64,000 bases of DNA from the human T2T-CHM13v2.0 reference genome, Homo sapiens. The stretch's first letter is position 1. Each line of letters starts with the position of its first letter. Made by a program: the position numbers and the translations under genes. The notes below the pieces were generated by a model, which saw nothing but the letters and a program-made list of their open reading frames with translations, ran no database searches and was not told the DNA's origin. Positions 41,246 through 58,419 of the stretch are shown here, piece after piece. The stretch lies in assembly GCF_009914755.1 (NCBI RefSeq), contig NC_060935.1; one strand, 5' to 3'.

Positions 41246-42469
41246 CGCTACCCTTCCTCTTTTACTGTGTAAGGTTATCTGCTGAGATTATCACCAGTGT
41301 AAATATATTTAATAATAGTATCTGCTATTCACTTCATGTAAAATTCTTGAAATCATTGGATTCTATGGTGAACAACACCATTAAAGCATAAAATATTATT
41401 GCTGTGAACAGAAAGCATGCTATGAATTTAATGTAAATGAAATATGTGTTCACACACACATAATTAGTAATATCCTTAAAAAGAAAAATGATCTTCTACC
41501 TATCTGACATATATTTAACAAACTTGTTGACAGCTATTCCGTGCATGCGAGTCTCTGTGTGTGCATGTGTGTGCACTTAGCTCAATATTACAGCGGACTG
41601 GATATTCACATTGTTTCCCTAACAACCGCTCAAGCATTGGCCAAGAATCTTATGACTATGGATGATTGTGCAATATACATTTAATCTTATGGAAAATAAC
41701 AAACATCCACAAGCCTGAATGAATGGATTAATTCGACCTAGACAAAGAATTAGTCTTTGTTGGGAAAAGTATTAACCATTTAGTGATGTGCTAGAGTAGT
41801 TGAAATTGACTTTAAAATGAAAAAAAAAAAAAGCCTAGGTAATAAGGGAGTAGAATGCAACGGTGGGGTCAATCTGAGGTAGATAATTGATTTGGCAAAT
41901 ACAACCCATTATGTTGGCCATTAACCAACTGGATCTGCCTTTAATTTATATTCTATAATTCTGCCCTAGAACAACTGTAGCCCAGGTGACATTAGTATAT
42001 TTAAAATAAGTATAAGAAAATATTGCATGTTAAAATCTGCCGTCAACCTTCAACATTTCTTATAATTATCAAGTACATACTGTCTCTGGTGTTGAAAATT
42101 GGCTGGACAATTTTATGTCCTAACAAGTATTTCATTAAAGCAAATATTGAAAGTAAGCAACTGTCAGTCTTCACAAGCATAAACTGATTATCTGGAGTTC
42201 ACAGAAATATGCTGTATACGGGGTAAGTTGTCTCAGAACCTGAGAACGTGACTCTCTCCTCATTTGCTGTAACAAAGCCACCTCTATCCTGCTGATGGCT
42301 CTCTCTTGGTGCTACCACTATATCATTGGCCAAGCATAATACTGAATCTAGTTGCTCTTCAGAAATTTGGCTTTTGGTCATTGGGACGCTGGCTGAAGGT
42401 ATCACTGGCTTGCAAATATACATTCTTATGAATTATTCATTGTGTAAATAATCAATTCCTGACTCTTAA

Positions 42470-42857
<388 letters not shown>

Positions 42858-43163
42858 GTGTTTTTACTTTTTTAATTTAATTTTTATATTTTATTTAAAA
42901 TTGTAATTATTGATGGCCTTTTCCTTTTTTTAAAAAAGTCACTTTATTGAGGTATAACTGACATAGAAAAAGCTGTGTATATTTAAAATGTACAACTAAA
43001 TACGTTTGGAGATAAGTGTATACTACCCTTGAAAACATCAATATGATCTACATCATAAACTTATTCATCATCACCTCCAAAAGTTTCCTCCAACCCTCTT
43101 TATTTATTATTATTTTATGATAAGAACACTTAACCTAAGATCTACTCTCTAAGCAAATTTTAA

Positions 43164-43570
<407 letters not shown>

Positions 43571-44263
43571 AACATTGTACTCTTTGACTAATACCTCCCA
43601 TTTCTCTCTCTCCATAGACCCGAGAAGGTACCGTTCTTTTCTCTGCTTCTATGAGTTTAACTACTTTCAATTTTTTAATGTAAGTGGTATTTTGCAGTTT
43701 GTCATGTGTCTGGCTTATTTCACCTAGCATGATGTTCTTTGGGTCCATTCATGTTGCAAATGGCAGGATTTCCTTTTTTAAAGGCTGAATAATGTTTGGT
43801 TGTATATTTATATATCATATTTTCTTTATCATTCATGGATGGACACTTAGGTTGTTTCCATATCTTGACTATTGTGATGATGCTGCAATTAACGTGGAAG
43901 TTCAGATATCTGTTTGATATCGTGATTTGAATTCCTTTGGGTATATACCCAGAAGTGGGATTGCTGGATCTTATGGCAATTCTATTTTTAATTTTTTGTG
44001 GAACCTCCATACTGTTTTCCATAGTGGCTGCACCAATTTACATTCCTACCAACAGAGTATAAGTGTTCCATTTTCTTCACATTCTTACCAACATTTGTTA
44101 TCTTATTTATTTTTTAATAGCCACTCTAATAGGTGAGAGGTGATAACTGATTTTGGTTTTGACTTGCATTTCTCTGGTGATTGGTGATGTTGAGCAACTC
44201 TCATATATGTGTTGGCCATTTGTATACCTTCTTTTTAGAAATGTTATTCAGATCCTGTGCCCA

Positions 44264-44474
44264 TTTTATTTATTTATTTTTTTAATACAAGATCTCACTT
44301 TGTCACCCAGGGTGCAGTGACACTATCATGGCTCACTGCAGCCTTAAATTCCTGGGCTGAGGTGATCTTCCTACCTCAGCCTCTCTAGTAGCTGGGAACA
44401 CAGGCATGCAACACCGTGCCCGGCTAATTTTTTTACTTTTTGTTGAGATAGGGTCTCTCCATGTTGCCCAGGCT
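44264..44474 (-). mobile_element. 5'-truncated AluJ
   Basis: atcatggctcactgcagcctt..cctgggct; stops at atgttgcccaggct. Confidence 0.88.
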
Positions 44475-44496
44475 CCCTTGCTTATTTTTAATTCAA

Positions 44497-44497
<1 letters not shown>

Positions 44498-44529
<32 letters not shown>

Positions 44530-44530
44530 T
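44498..44530. repeat. (ATT)n microsatellite
   Basis: About 10 ATT units. Confidence 0.95.
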
Positions 44531-44929
44531 TGCTGTTGAGTTGTATGTGTCTATTATATATTTTGGATATTAATCCTTTATCAGATTTACGGTTTCCAAA
44601 CATTTTCTCCCATTATCTAGGTTGCCTTTTAATTTTGTTGATTATTTTCTATACTGCGGAGAAGTTTTTTAGTTACATGTAATCCCACTTGTCTACTTTT
44701 GCTTTTGTTGCATGTTTTTTGGTGCCATATTCAAGAAATCATTGTATTGTATGATTTTAGAATCGTCACAGGGGAATACCCTAAGAGTATCTTTGCTTTA
44801 TAGTGGTGATGGGGCTGTAAAGATGATGGTTAAAGAAACAGGAAACTTTAAGATTAAAATTAGAGTAAGAAAGGGAGTAAAGAAAAACTATATTGAAATC
44901 TTCTTTCTTGTAAACATATTACAAGTAAT

Positions 44930-45150
44930 AATAACTAGCATTCATTGGTAAACACTAGAGATTGTACCAAATTCTATTTGATCTCATTTGATCATGTGCT
45001 ATGAGGTAGGCACTATTAACTCTATTATATAGGTGAATAAATGAGTTTAGACAGATTATATAGTTTTTGCAAGTCATGTACCTAACATATAGCAGAACCA
45101 GGATTCAAACTTCTAGTTGATGGGTCCAACATTCAAATCGTTCTCACTAT
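44930..45150 (-). mobile_element. MIR
   Basis: gctatgaggtaggcactatt...gcaagtcatgtacctaac..agcagaaccaggattcaaac. Confidence 0.7.
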
Positions 45151-46022
45151 GCTATCAGAGAACCATCTGACAAGAATACCAGGAGTCTCTTAAAATTAGA
45201 TATATTTGATCTATTGAAGAAACAGACTTCCTAATGCCTGATTATTTTCTTTTAGCTCCTACATTTTGATTTCTCTAGAATTAGACCATCTCAATTAGTA
45301 TTCTCCACCTTTCTTTTCTTTTTTCATCACAATATATTATTTTAATCAAATTAGAAAGCCACTCCTGGCAGGTTTGTTATATTTTTCTATAAACAATATG
45401 ATTCTTTGGGTAATTCATTACCTTCTAGATTCCTACTGGGAACCTTTTAATAAATTCTGGAAATTATCCTGCAAACATAAAGCACTAGTGGGAAATCTCC
45501 CAAAGTTAATAAGAATTTTTTCTAAAACTATTTTTACTACATTATTTTGCATATTTTTGTATTGTTTTGTATATTAAGTATATTTCCAAAAATTGGCATA
45601 ACAATATACATAGGTATATTGAATTATGCCATCTGTTCAATAATACTTCAGTATAAACACTTTTTAACCACACTCAAAGTTATCTTCAGAGGCAGAGGCG
45701 GGCATCCACAGAGACAGGTTTCTAATACATGTTCACATGGGCAACAGATGTGTGTTCTTGCTGTTTCATGGTGATGTCTGAAATTTTCCTTCTAACTCTG
45801 AGAAGAAAATCTGAGTGGATGATTCATTCTTCTTACTGGGAGGAAACACTAAGTCATCTCAAGGGGAACTGCATTAATAAGCAAATACTGATTAAAATAG
45901 AGAAAACTTTTTTCATCTGCTTAGCAGAGAACTCTCATTCAAGTTTTTGAGTTCTATCTATCTAACTATGTGATCCTAAACATATGTCAAATGATTAGGA
46001 TTCAGGAACATTTTTAAAAATT

Positions 46023-46660
<638 letters not shown>

Positions 46661-46899
46661 AAATATAATAATTAAATTAAAAAACATTAAAAACTTTATA
46701 AAATGTAAAAGTGTCAGAAAATAAGCCTCACATACCACAGAATAACTGAAAAATATATAAAGAATTGAAAAACTGCAGGAGTGAATTATGTCACAAAGCC
46801 ATAAATAATCATGTCCAAACAGTTCCTAAAACGTTCCCAGCATTTAGATCTCACATTTGACAAAATCTTGAAGATTCTAGCTGTATTGAGGGTCAGGAG

Positions 46900-47100
46900 A
46901 ATATAATAGAACTTCTTGACCTTAAGAATCAAACCAAACTGGGGTCAAATTGCAGGGCTTTCACTGAGCAGGCATTTGGCTTGTCTGACTTGATTAGATA
47001 ATCTTCCCTGAATCTGCTCTTTTTCTGTAATGAGGAGATGAGAATGTCCACCTTATATGAGTATTGTAAAGATTAAATGAGATAGCTATATAACAATTAA
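46900..47100 (+). mobile_element. MIR
   Basis: tctgtaatgaggagatgagaatgtccaccttatatgagtattgtaaagattaaatgagatag. Confidence 0.65.
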
Positions 47101-50100
47101 GTAGGTTTGTTCAATTACATTAGGTCTTTCTTCCATCTAGTACTTCTGGTAAACTGCAAGGTACTTTACGCATTGAAGAGGATATTTGAACTAGAAATTA
47201 TTTGCTATTGTTCTTTCTCCCCATTCCTGCCTCTATCCCTCTTTGTTTCTTTATTCTTATTCTCTTTTCTAGCTTTCTTCGCTTTTATTTTCATTATATC
47301 AGATGTGCCAAAGTCTCAATATAACACTTTAGGCTCTGTCGAGTATAAACTCTGTATAAATGTAGTAAACAAATACTTAGTAATAGTAGCAAAGTGTCTC
47401 TTACCAGGCACAGCTTACTGGCTCCTCTTTAAATTGGAAAGCCGACATACATAATTCTAATGTGGGCTGTTTCCTTGGGTTTATCATTCTAGAAAACCCC
47501 TAAGTTCTATTGCAATCAATTGAACTTCTCTATATTATTATATCATATATATCAGTGTCTGTTTACTGACTGATATGATTTAATTTGCAGTTAATAATGA
47601 TGCAATTTATTATCTGATGGTATTTGAGATGACTTGGATGTCGTAATTTGGATATTTTTGTTACAAAATAAAATTCTGCATTCGATTGTAGGATGGAATT
47701 GAGAGTTGGAGAAATTATATAGAATTATTCCTTTTTTATTCTTATTTTCTCTTCTAACTTTCCTCATATTTATTTTCATATCAGTTTATATATACTGGTA
47801 TATAATGCATTTAGAATACAACCATTAATATTACTTAAAAAGACAATGATTTCTGATCTGGGATTTGAATGGGTTACCACTCCCAATAACATTATCCTTA
47901 TTTCTTGATAGGTTACTCATTAAAAGAAGTAAATAATTTGATTCAGATACCCACAGATGTTTGGGGACATTTGTCCCTTTCTTCGGGCACTTTTGTAGCA
48001 GGAATTAGGAAGCAGTAACCTGAGGATAAATGCAGTCATAGGTTTCCTTCACTCTACGCACAGTACCCATGACTAACTCTTCAAGGGAAAAAATAATTTT
48101 TTATAAAGGGTTCATTTACTTTTTTCCTTATATTGTTTCAATTTCTAACTCCTTCTTTACCCTTTAATAGAGAGTCAAGTCTGATGATTTCTGTAGACAC
48201 TGAAGCAAACCTAGGATCATTTATTGACATGAAGGTGACACTTTCCTGAGGGATCTGATCATATTTGTATCAAAAGAGACAGTGCACATGTCAGAAAAGG
48301 ATAGTGACTTTTATGGTTCCAACAGTAGTAGTCCAGGTTAATGAATAAACTCTCTTTTTACCTCAGTTACTTTGTAAATGGTTAAGGTAATATTTGCATT
48401 TGTTGTCCTCTTTGAATGCTGACCTTCAAACCTGAAGTTGGACTGACTTGCTGTTGGCAGCATTTTGTTTTTTAAAGGCTCTTTTGAGGCTGGGTTAATT
48501 TCCACAGAGATTTTCTTTTGCCTCAAACATTCCATCTTATTTTACCTCCTGTGCTTGGTGCTCATTACAGTATGATTGACTCAAGGATGAAATATAGAAG
48601 CTCGTAAAAATATTTTTTATCCCCTAATAAACCTCCTCAACCCTTGATCTGATTTTTCATATGTAGTAAAATATGTATTGAGAAAAGTAGCCCACAAACT
48701 ATCTGCTTCTACCTGTTACTGACTTATTTAACCTTCGTTTGGAAAGAGAGGCTGTTTTTCCCAATTAGACATTTTCCCTTTATAAAAAGGGGCAAAAAGA
48801 TGAGGCCCGGATAAGATGAATTATCAGGTTACTTGTCTCTTGCTTCAATGGTAATTCCTTGAGACCTGTCAAAATGTGACACCTCTTTCAAAGAAGAGAT
48901 TATGTCAATATCAATTGCCTTGTTTTATTGAGCTCAGGATACTCATAAGTACACCATAAAAGTGTCATCTGGTGATGGGGCCAGCCACAAAAACTATTAC
49001 CTGGGCCAAGAAGTTAGACATTCAGGTTGCGCTTGGAGGGATGAAAAATTTTGAAGACATTCTTCCTGATAGCCCTTCCCAAACCTTACAAACTCTCATT
49101 TGGAATTACAGGGGATGCTAAACATCTTGTGGAGAAAAGAACTTACTGGGATCCTGATGCCATTGCTGGCAAATTTTATGGTTGAGTGACACAGCATCAT
49201 CGTGTGAGTAAGGAATGAGTCAAGGAACATCCAGATACCAAATTCCAATGCCTGCATTTTATTAACACACTCATGGTAATCTGCTAACTGAGCTAGATGG
49301 AAGGAATCCTGAATTGATCCTAGAAAGTTGTACAAATTGGCCAAATAAGTTTAGTGTGCACACTGAATCAAATGAGACTGTTACTTATGCCATCAAGTCT
49401 CATCTCTGTGTTTTTGTCATTGGGTCAATTCTGTCTGTATTCAGATATTCCCTGAAGTTCAGAGGACGAGGTACTGCAAAATGGAGACATCAGCCTTCTC
49501 CCCATTTTTAGGAGACCAAGAGTTCAATGTGTTTATTTTGTAATATTAGTCACGTGTTCACTTGTTTTGCGTTCATTCTAGTGATGTCCTTCAATTTCTT
49601 AGGGTATAAAGAAGGAGAAGAGCTGAAGATTGTTGTCATTTTTTCCTTGAAATATACTTTGAGTACTGTACTGGATGCATAGGAAAGGAGAAAGGAAAAA
49701 TGGGCCATTTATTATTTAGTAAACCAAAGCTATACAGGGGAGAATTTGAAGCTGCAGGAGGAATTTTGAAAGGAGATATAAATCAGAGATCCCAGCAGGC
49801 ACATTAAACTTGGGAGAAGTTACTGGAGCCACTAAAAAACAAAGTGATAGAGATATCTTAGGGCAAAATGGAAAAGCATTCTGTGCCACTAAGAAAGAGC
49901 AGGGCATTGTTAATTTCATACCCAACCCCATTCATACATCGCTGTAACTTGCTTCAGGTACACGGGGTGGGTTAGTTGTCAAGAACTCGTAAAGATATTA
50001 CTACAGGGCAAAAAAGTTTCTTTTGTTACGTATCCAATGCTTCTAAATAATCTCATGTATGTCTCAAAAAAAAAACAAATAATCAAAAAACCATTAATTT

Positions 50101-51109
50101 TTCACTATTGTTTTCTCATTTTAAATATCTAGAAACTAGGAGGTTAATTTATTTGTCCAAGCTTTCACCTTGTAAAAGAGAGAGAAGGATTTTAATTCCA
50201 AGTGGAGTAACATCTTACTTTAGGCTCAAGGAGTTGTTAATAATTATTACAGTACCTTCCCTAATAATCTCCCCTAAATATTGACTTCCAAGGACTACAG
50301 TGAAGGATTATCTGATAAAAGCTATAAAAATGAGACACACTGCTGTATTTTACTACTATTTTACTCATGCCTACCTCCTGGTACATAAGCATGAAGTTGT
50401 TATAAGTAGCTGGACCAGGCATACAATTAGGAGGAAGATAAGTCACCAAACATGTAAATGATCAGAAAGGATTTCTTACAATAGGATAAGTAGAAAGAAG
50501 TAGGGTCTTCTTAGTACCAAGAATTCCAGGCTTATAGAGTGTTAGAGTTAGAAGTCACCCCTAGTGCAGTATTCTAACTCAGGGCCATTATATTTTGCTA
50601 GGTTAAAAGGATCCCAAATGACAATTTATAATTACATCAATGAGCATTTATAATTTATGCCTCTATTTATAGGGAGTTATCACAAGGCTAAAATATCCAC
50701 TCTGATCTTATAGCTGACATGTTGAAAAATCAAAACACATCAGCTCCTGCCATGAATAATCTCTGTTTAAACAGTAAAGCAAATAACCTTTGATTAGTAT
50801 GGCTGGCATTAATTTAGACATCACACTTCTGTCGGTGTTTAGCTGTACGAGACAGTTAAAGAAGCATCAAACATATCTCATTAAAGAAAACAAGGAATTC
50901 AGCTTAATCTCGAGTGTTAAACTGAATTAACTGAATCCAAAATAGACTTCTGATCTGTTGATTCAAGCTCACAAATTATTCAGAATATCTTAAACTTAAC
51001 TAATTATCTCTCTCAGGCTAGGATCCCTGTGAATAGGAAATCTAAAAAATCAGTTGCTTCTCACAACCTAAAATCTATCTAAGCTACCTGATGAAAATTC
51101 ATGGATTAG

Positions 51110-51350
51110 CAATAATTGCTAACTTTTATTAAGCATTTACTGTGTGCTAGGTGATATATTAAGCCTTTTCTATTAATTAGGTCAAATAATCCTCACATTT
51201 TTCTTAGGAGATAAAATAAACATCTAATATATAAGCTTAACAGTGGAATTGAGGCTTGGAATGGATAAGGAAACTGCAGAAGTTTCCATAGTAAGGTGGT
51301 TCTAGGGAAGGGTCAGGGACCTGACTCATTTGACTCTTTGAGTTCATGAT
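51110..51350 (-). mobile_element. MIR
   Basis: aataattgctaacttttattaagcatttactgtgtgctagg...aatcctcac...ggaattgaggctt. Confidence 0.6.
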
Positions 51351-51464
51351 GGTAGTTCTGTAACACAGATTCCTGCCTGCCAAGTGTCAGGAGACTGTTA
51401 TTGCCCATTTGTGAAAACTCAGACCTCCTTCATATTGTATGGAAATAATCTCTTTTCTTTTCTT

Positions 51465-51756
<292 letters not shown>

Positions 51757-51992
51757 CATTTCTTTTCTTGAGACATTTGTTCCTTAGTGACAAGGATTCT
51801 GTCTTTCCTTTTAATATCTCAAATATCAGCAACATTTCTGGCTCACATTTATACTCAGTATGTAGTTGTTGAGAATGCATGAACAAATGACAAACTTTGT
51901 TTTTAAAGCTCACCAGATTGATAATTTTCAGCTTTTCTTCCATTCACAAATCTGATGTATGTAGGAAGATCTACACCAACATCATAATCTCT

Positions 51993-52230
51993 GTAATAAC
52001 AGCTCATTTTCTAATTAAGCACTGCTTTAAGCACTTTATAAATGTGATCTCATTTAAGCTTTATAACAACGCTGTGATGTACCACTATTGTCTCCATTCT
52101 GAGATGAGATGAAGGGATTGAGCCAAAGGTAAGCCACTTCTCCAGGACCATGGGGTGAAAAAATAAAGGAGAAGTATTTGAACTCAGTCCACCTATTGTT
52201 TGAGTCTACGTATTCAGCCATTGCACAGTA
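51993..52230 (-). mobile_element. MIR
   Basis: aataacagctc...taagcactttataaatgtgatctcatttaa...ccattctgagatgag...tttgaactcagtc. Confidence 0.75.
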
Positions 52231-52394
52231 TTTCCGCTGCAAGCCAAATCTGCACTTGATAGATCATTATAGCATCACAATTTCCCTGTTTTTACCGGTC
52301 AAATGTTGATAAGTATTGTATTCAAAGTGACAAAACCACACACTGCATATTAGCAATGGCTGGACTTGAATGGTAAGTAAATGAAAAAAAAATA

Positions 52395-53115
52395 TTTACC
52401 CAAATAAGCTGAAATTTTATGTCCACATAAAAACCTGTCTGCGAATGTTCCTAGCAGCTTTAAACATAATTGCCTAAAATTGGAAACAATCAAGCTGTCC
52501 TTCACCAGGCGGGTGGATAAACAGATTGTGGTACATTCATACAATGAAATATTATTCATCAGTACAAAGAAATGAGCTATCAATCCAAGAAAATACATGG
52601 ATAAATCTTAAATGCATATTGCTAAGTAGAGGAAGCCAGTATAAAAAGGCTACATACTTTATGATTCCCAAATATATGACATTCTGGGAAAGGCAGACAC
52701 AGTAGCAAGATCAGTGGTTGCTAGGGGTTTGTGGGGATGAGGGGAAAGGTAAGCAGGAGGGATGAATAGTTGGAACAAAGGGGAACACGGGAATTTAGGG
52801 CAGTGAAACTATTCTGTATGATACTCTAATGATGGATACATAACATTATGCATTTAGCAAAACGTATATAATATACAACACAGAGTCAGCCCTAGTGTAC
52901 ATTATAAACATTAGTTACTATTAATGTATCAATATTGGTTTGTCAATTATTGTCACATAAAACATGTATCACATGAATGCAAGTTGTTTATAATAGAGGG
53001 AACTGTGTATATGGTATGGAAGGGGCCATATGAGGAACTCTTTGTATGTTCTGCAGAAATTTTCTGTAAACTTAAAATTGCTCTAAAAATAATGTCTATT
53101 AATTTTTTAAAATAA
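52395..53115 (+). mobile_element. L1MC-type 3' end
   Basis: gtccacataaaaacctg...tagggcagtgaaactattctgtatgatact...tttctgtaaacttaaaattgctctaaaaataa. Confidence 0.85.
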
Positions 53116-56094
53116 ATAAGTTATTTAATTAAAAAATTAAAGATGTCAACCATTCAGGTGTTTTGGAAGACATGGAACTTTTCATTTTATAATATTAAAG
53201 AAAGTGATTCCTACTATCTGATAGCTGTCATCACAAACACTTGGTTATAATATCAGTATTTTAATTTTTAGCTTTAAGTACTAGAAAAAAAATGTAGCAT
53301 CTGTATTTATTGTCCTGAAGAAATATACTCAGAAGAAGACAACCAAAGTGATGAAAACAATTATTTATTCAATACCTACTATGTATCATGTTCTAATGGG
53401 AGACAAAAATAAATAAATAAATGATTATTTGCTTTCAATACAACCCCAGAACAATAAATATTTGCTGAGTGCTCGCGAAATGCCCCGCTGAATATTTCTT
53501 GGTGGGATAAAGAACCAGGGCTCAGTTCTTGTCTTGGAGGATCCAGCCATCAGTAACAGAAAGGAACCATTGATAAGTGACTCACGATAGCCCATTACGC
53601 ACTCGCTTAAAATAAAGGCATGTATAAAGGGCTGAAACAGCAGAGCAAAAAGCCCTCAGAGAGAATGCAATCTTACTAGGGAGCTAAGACAATTCAGAAG
53701 AGAAAAATATTGTAAAGACAACGTGTAATCCAGTGTAAAGACTCTGCAGTCCTCAGAGTTGCTGTGCATAATCAGTTCAATAGGGATTGGAATATTTCAG
53801 GGATAAATGAAACCTTAAAACTTATAAATAATATGATGTTATGCCACCTTCCACATAATATCCTACGTACATGCTTGTCTTGAACTAATGCTTTCATTAC
53901 AAATCATTTTAGATAAGATTTAGGTAGTTAATTCAACAATATTTTGCTTTAAAATATCCAGGTAATAAAAATAGACTTTCTTAAGAGACCCTGAAGATTT
54001 ATGAGGAATCTGAAATGACTATTGACACATTAAGAATGTACTTTGTTTTGATTCCACTACAAATCTTTCAGCTCTAGTTCTCTTTTGAATGAACAACTTA
54101 ATAGACAGGGTCTAAGTCAGGAAGAAAATGAAAAACCTATGCAATAATTCTTTGGAGAAAAAGAAGACAGTAATGGTACAGGATAACTCGGTACTTAACT
54201 TCGGAATATGTGAACATTGACTCTGAATCTCCAGCAACAAAAACAACTCCCAAAGAGTAACATCATAACCCAAGTGAAAAAACAATTGCACTGTTGACTA
54301 ATACGACAGCAGGATGCAATGGTCCTTTAATGAATACTACATTGTATCTGTCACAAACAATTGGAATTACATGACATCAGGGCTATGCCTTTTGTCCCCT
54401 AAAACAAAGTTTCCAGAACAAGAGACATTATGAGATTTGATTAGGGATTATCCAGAAAAGTCATGAGAAGCTAAAATAAATTGTTATTTCTATACAGACA
54501 CATAGCAGAAAGAACTGGATGCACATATGACTCTTAAGGGAAAAAAAATGGATCAGTTTTTTTTAACTTAATTTAGATTTGTATTTTAAATTGTCTGACA
54601 GTAGGCAAGACCATGAAGAGTAAGAAGGGGATAAAAGTAGGCCAAAATGAAGGGACAGAAAGGATAAAAATGAAAGAAAGAAAGAATGGGTACATAGTCT
54701 TGTTTAGATAATGTTGGGGGTATGTATGGAAGCAAATAGAGTGACAGCAAGAAGGTGGTTCAGGACCCCATTGCTCCAGTTTTGAAAGTTTTGAGGACAT
54801 AAAGACCTTGGAATATAAAAGTGCTCAAAAACTAAGGCACTCCATGCTCAGTATGCTAGCGAAAAAACACAGCTCTTGTTTGTATACACACAGTGAATCT
54901 TCCTGGCAGAATAACTTTTCCTTCTAAAAATAACAGTGCAGGCCATTGACTTTCAGCTAAGAATTATCTTCAAGGGGCTAGGACAAATGAGTTACCTACA
55001 GACAGGAGCTAAAGAGCTGGTGAATTAAGGGATACATCATCCTTTTGAGAGTGACTTGTTCGCTTTTCTCCATCATACATGCTTTCCTGAATGGTCTGTC
55101 AATAGCTGACCTCAGATTGCTGCTCAGACTTTGATATATTCAGATAAAAAATAAAAACAACTGGACAAACCCACAAAGTGACTGTGATCCCCTTGATCCA
55201 TCATAAATCTAGTTCCACATGCCACCTCAAATGACCCAAAAGAAGCTCTGTGGTTCATGGTTCACGCTCTTGACTTGTGAACAGGCAATGCAGAACAGGT
55301 AAATAATAGAAGAGGCAAAAGAAAGAGAGGAGAGAGTAGAAGTGATAGAGAGAAGCAATGATTTATTACATTCTGGCAATGTTGCATCTTTTCAAATGGG
55401 TTTTATTATTAACCTAAATCAGAGGAGTAGGTACATTACATGAAACTACGATTTTCAGAAATGTAATTTCCTACTGTATCTATTTCTCTTTGTAATATAT
55501 TTCCTATCAACCTTGATGGCCTTAATGGTAATATTGAGACTTTACCAATTATCCAACTATTGGCCTTCAGAAACTGAATTATTTTTTCCTGTCTATTCAT
55601 TGAAAGTCTAATGATAGAGACTGTGATCAAGTCTATAATTATATAGACTTTGATACAGAGTAGGATATAGTCTATAATGTAGATGGAGTCAATTCACACA
55701 TATCTTTAAACAATGCAACCTCATGCATGCTCTTTATTAGTGACATGTTCTAAGGTATAAAATGTGTATAGTTAGGGAATCCTTAAATTTAATTCAAATA
55801 CTACCTTGTACTCCAAGACTGACTTCCTGTGCATAGGTATTTGGTGATAAACTTTTGGCATTGCCTGTTTGAAATTATAAAATTCACAGTAGCCCTTGGA
55901 CTCCTACTTTGAGAGATCCTGTGAAGCGTAACTCTGCTCAGCCACTCATTTATTTTTCTGATGTCTTCACAGTGCCTTCTGGGTGGCATGCCCTAACTAG
56001 GTACTTTCTCTCATGTACATCACCTTTCTAATAAAAGGGCATAAAATTAGAAGAACTGGAATGCAATATCAAAGCCAGGAAAACCTGAATAATA

Positions 56095-56240
56095 CATTCA
56101 GTGCAGCATTGTAGAAAGAGCAATGGATTAGATATCAAAGAACTGTTCTGGAGTTTTAACAAGTTGCATAGGTATACAGACTTGAAGATATCACTTAACT
56201 TTTTTGAGTCTATATTTATCTAAAAATGGGAATCCAACTT
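56095..56240 (+). mobile_element. MIR fragment
   Basis: gcagcattgtagaaagagcaatggattagatatca...tcacttaac...atctaaaaatggga. Confidence 0.6.
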
Positions 56241-56254
56241 TTTTGTGTGTGCTA

Positions 56255-56750
<496 letters not shown>

Positions 56751-58419
56751 GTCTATTCTTCACATTAAGAAAATCACATTAAGAAAGTAGGAGCTGTTCA
56801 TCTTACAGCATAAGAATTGTTTCTGTTTTTTATTATTTTTTTTTCTTATTGATTACTACACATGTCTCTAGACACCTTGGTTTTAAAATATCTGACTGGT
56901 TCAACAGTGCACAGCCAGTTTTATAATTTCCATCTCCATTCTTTTTATCATTTACTTTACTGCTAAGAAACTGTAATACTACCGCTCCTCTGGGGCATAA
57001 TGTCCCTTTTAATTTCATGTTCAAGTTAAAGATTTGTTAATAGTTCTGCAAACTACCCTTACTCTACCTTCAGAGGAGTCCATGTAATTACTCAAACTGA
57101 AAATGTTTGGAGTGGATAAGAGAGAGTGATGGAGAGGAATTAGGAGAAAATTACAAAGATAAAAGTAAAATTGATGCCAAAATATTAGAGAACATGTAGA
57201 ATATTTAATAGAGAAACCTATTAGTAAAATCGGACATCTATTTTGCATATCACAGCATGGTGATATTTACTAGGTGCTTATCCTTTTCTTTTAAATAATA
57301 AAGGAAATAACATACATTTTTAAAAAAAGGTCCAACATAATTTTGTTAGCAAGTCTTTCACCTGCCTTTTGAAACATACATTTTAAGAATCTGTATGCAA
57401 ACACGTTCCAGTGACCTCAAAACCATTTATGATTTGTTGAAGATGTAAAAACAAAAAAGAAATATAAGATTCCCAGGAGGGCATTCTGTTTGAGTTATAA
57501 TGCATCTTAACGTTCTCTATAATACAAGTATTAATAAGATGCAGATGTTTTTCTTAAATTGATACATTAACCATGCACAGAACCAACCAACATATTAGAA
57601 AAAATATGACTTGAGCTTTAACATACAGTAAATTGAAAATATACTTCAAACCCAAAAGACATCTAAACCTTGCTTTTATTTTAGATTAACTTAACCCCAT
57701 GTACCATAAGACTCTGATATCCTGTGATTTGTAACGTATATTTAAATGATCAGGTGTGAAATCATCCCCTACCCAATCTCTGGAAACATTTCAAATAGAT
57801 ATAATTTTAAAATATTTCGTCTTCTAATCTGTGTGACAAAGAGTGTTCCTAATGTTTTGACGAAGTAGAGAAAAATTTAACTTCAAAAAATAAATTCAGG
57901 AAATAGTGTAATTAAGCAAAACATATGGCATGATTTAATATTGCTGGCAGTCATCCTAGACATCAATTTTGAAGTTAAGTAAAAGCAAAGAAAGTGAAAG
58001 AGCTCTACTGTAAAAAGAAAAAAACGTTTTAAAAACTTAGAGACTGAAATTTACAGCTCTGAATAATGGAACTCTCTGTACCAACATTGTCATCTCTCCA
58101 ATATTCCTAAAGAAAAATTAAAATTAAATATTCTTTGCCCCTTTTGTGTCAAAGGGTGACTGTTGACAAATTGGAGGGTCAGGAAGTAGTTGGTGGGTAA
58201 AAAGCATGTTTTATACAGAAAATTCCTAAGGACAGAGAGTTGGGAGAAACTGCTGTTTCTACATAGAATGAAGTTCAATATTGTCTAGCTGGACAAATGT
58301 TCAAATGACACCTGCTAGCAGTAGGCTGAAAATGAGCATGGAACCAGTATGGCGGAAGGCATAGCAGAAGGCAATGTCAGACAAGTCAGACAGAACTTTT
58401 CAGAATTAAAATTAAAAAT

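Noticed and set aside
42199-42423. 74-aa ORF with protein-like composition
   Set aside because: No recognisable homology and no supporting splice or promoter context
54072-54147. Possible terminal exon (SSLLNEQLNRQGLSQEENEKPMQ*)
   Set aside because: Weak acceptor, no upstream partner exon, unrecognised peptide
55629-55650. Hairpin aagtctata-atta-tatagactt
   Set aside because: A 9-bp AT-rich stem is within chance expectation and too short for a pre-miRNA
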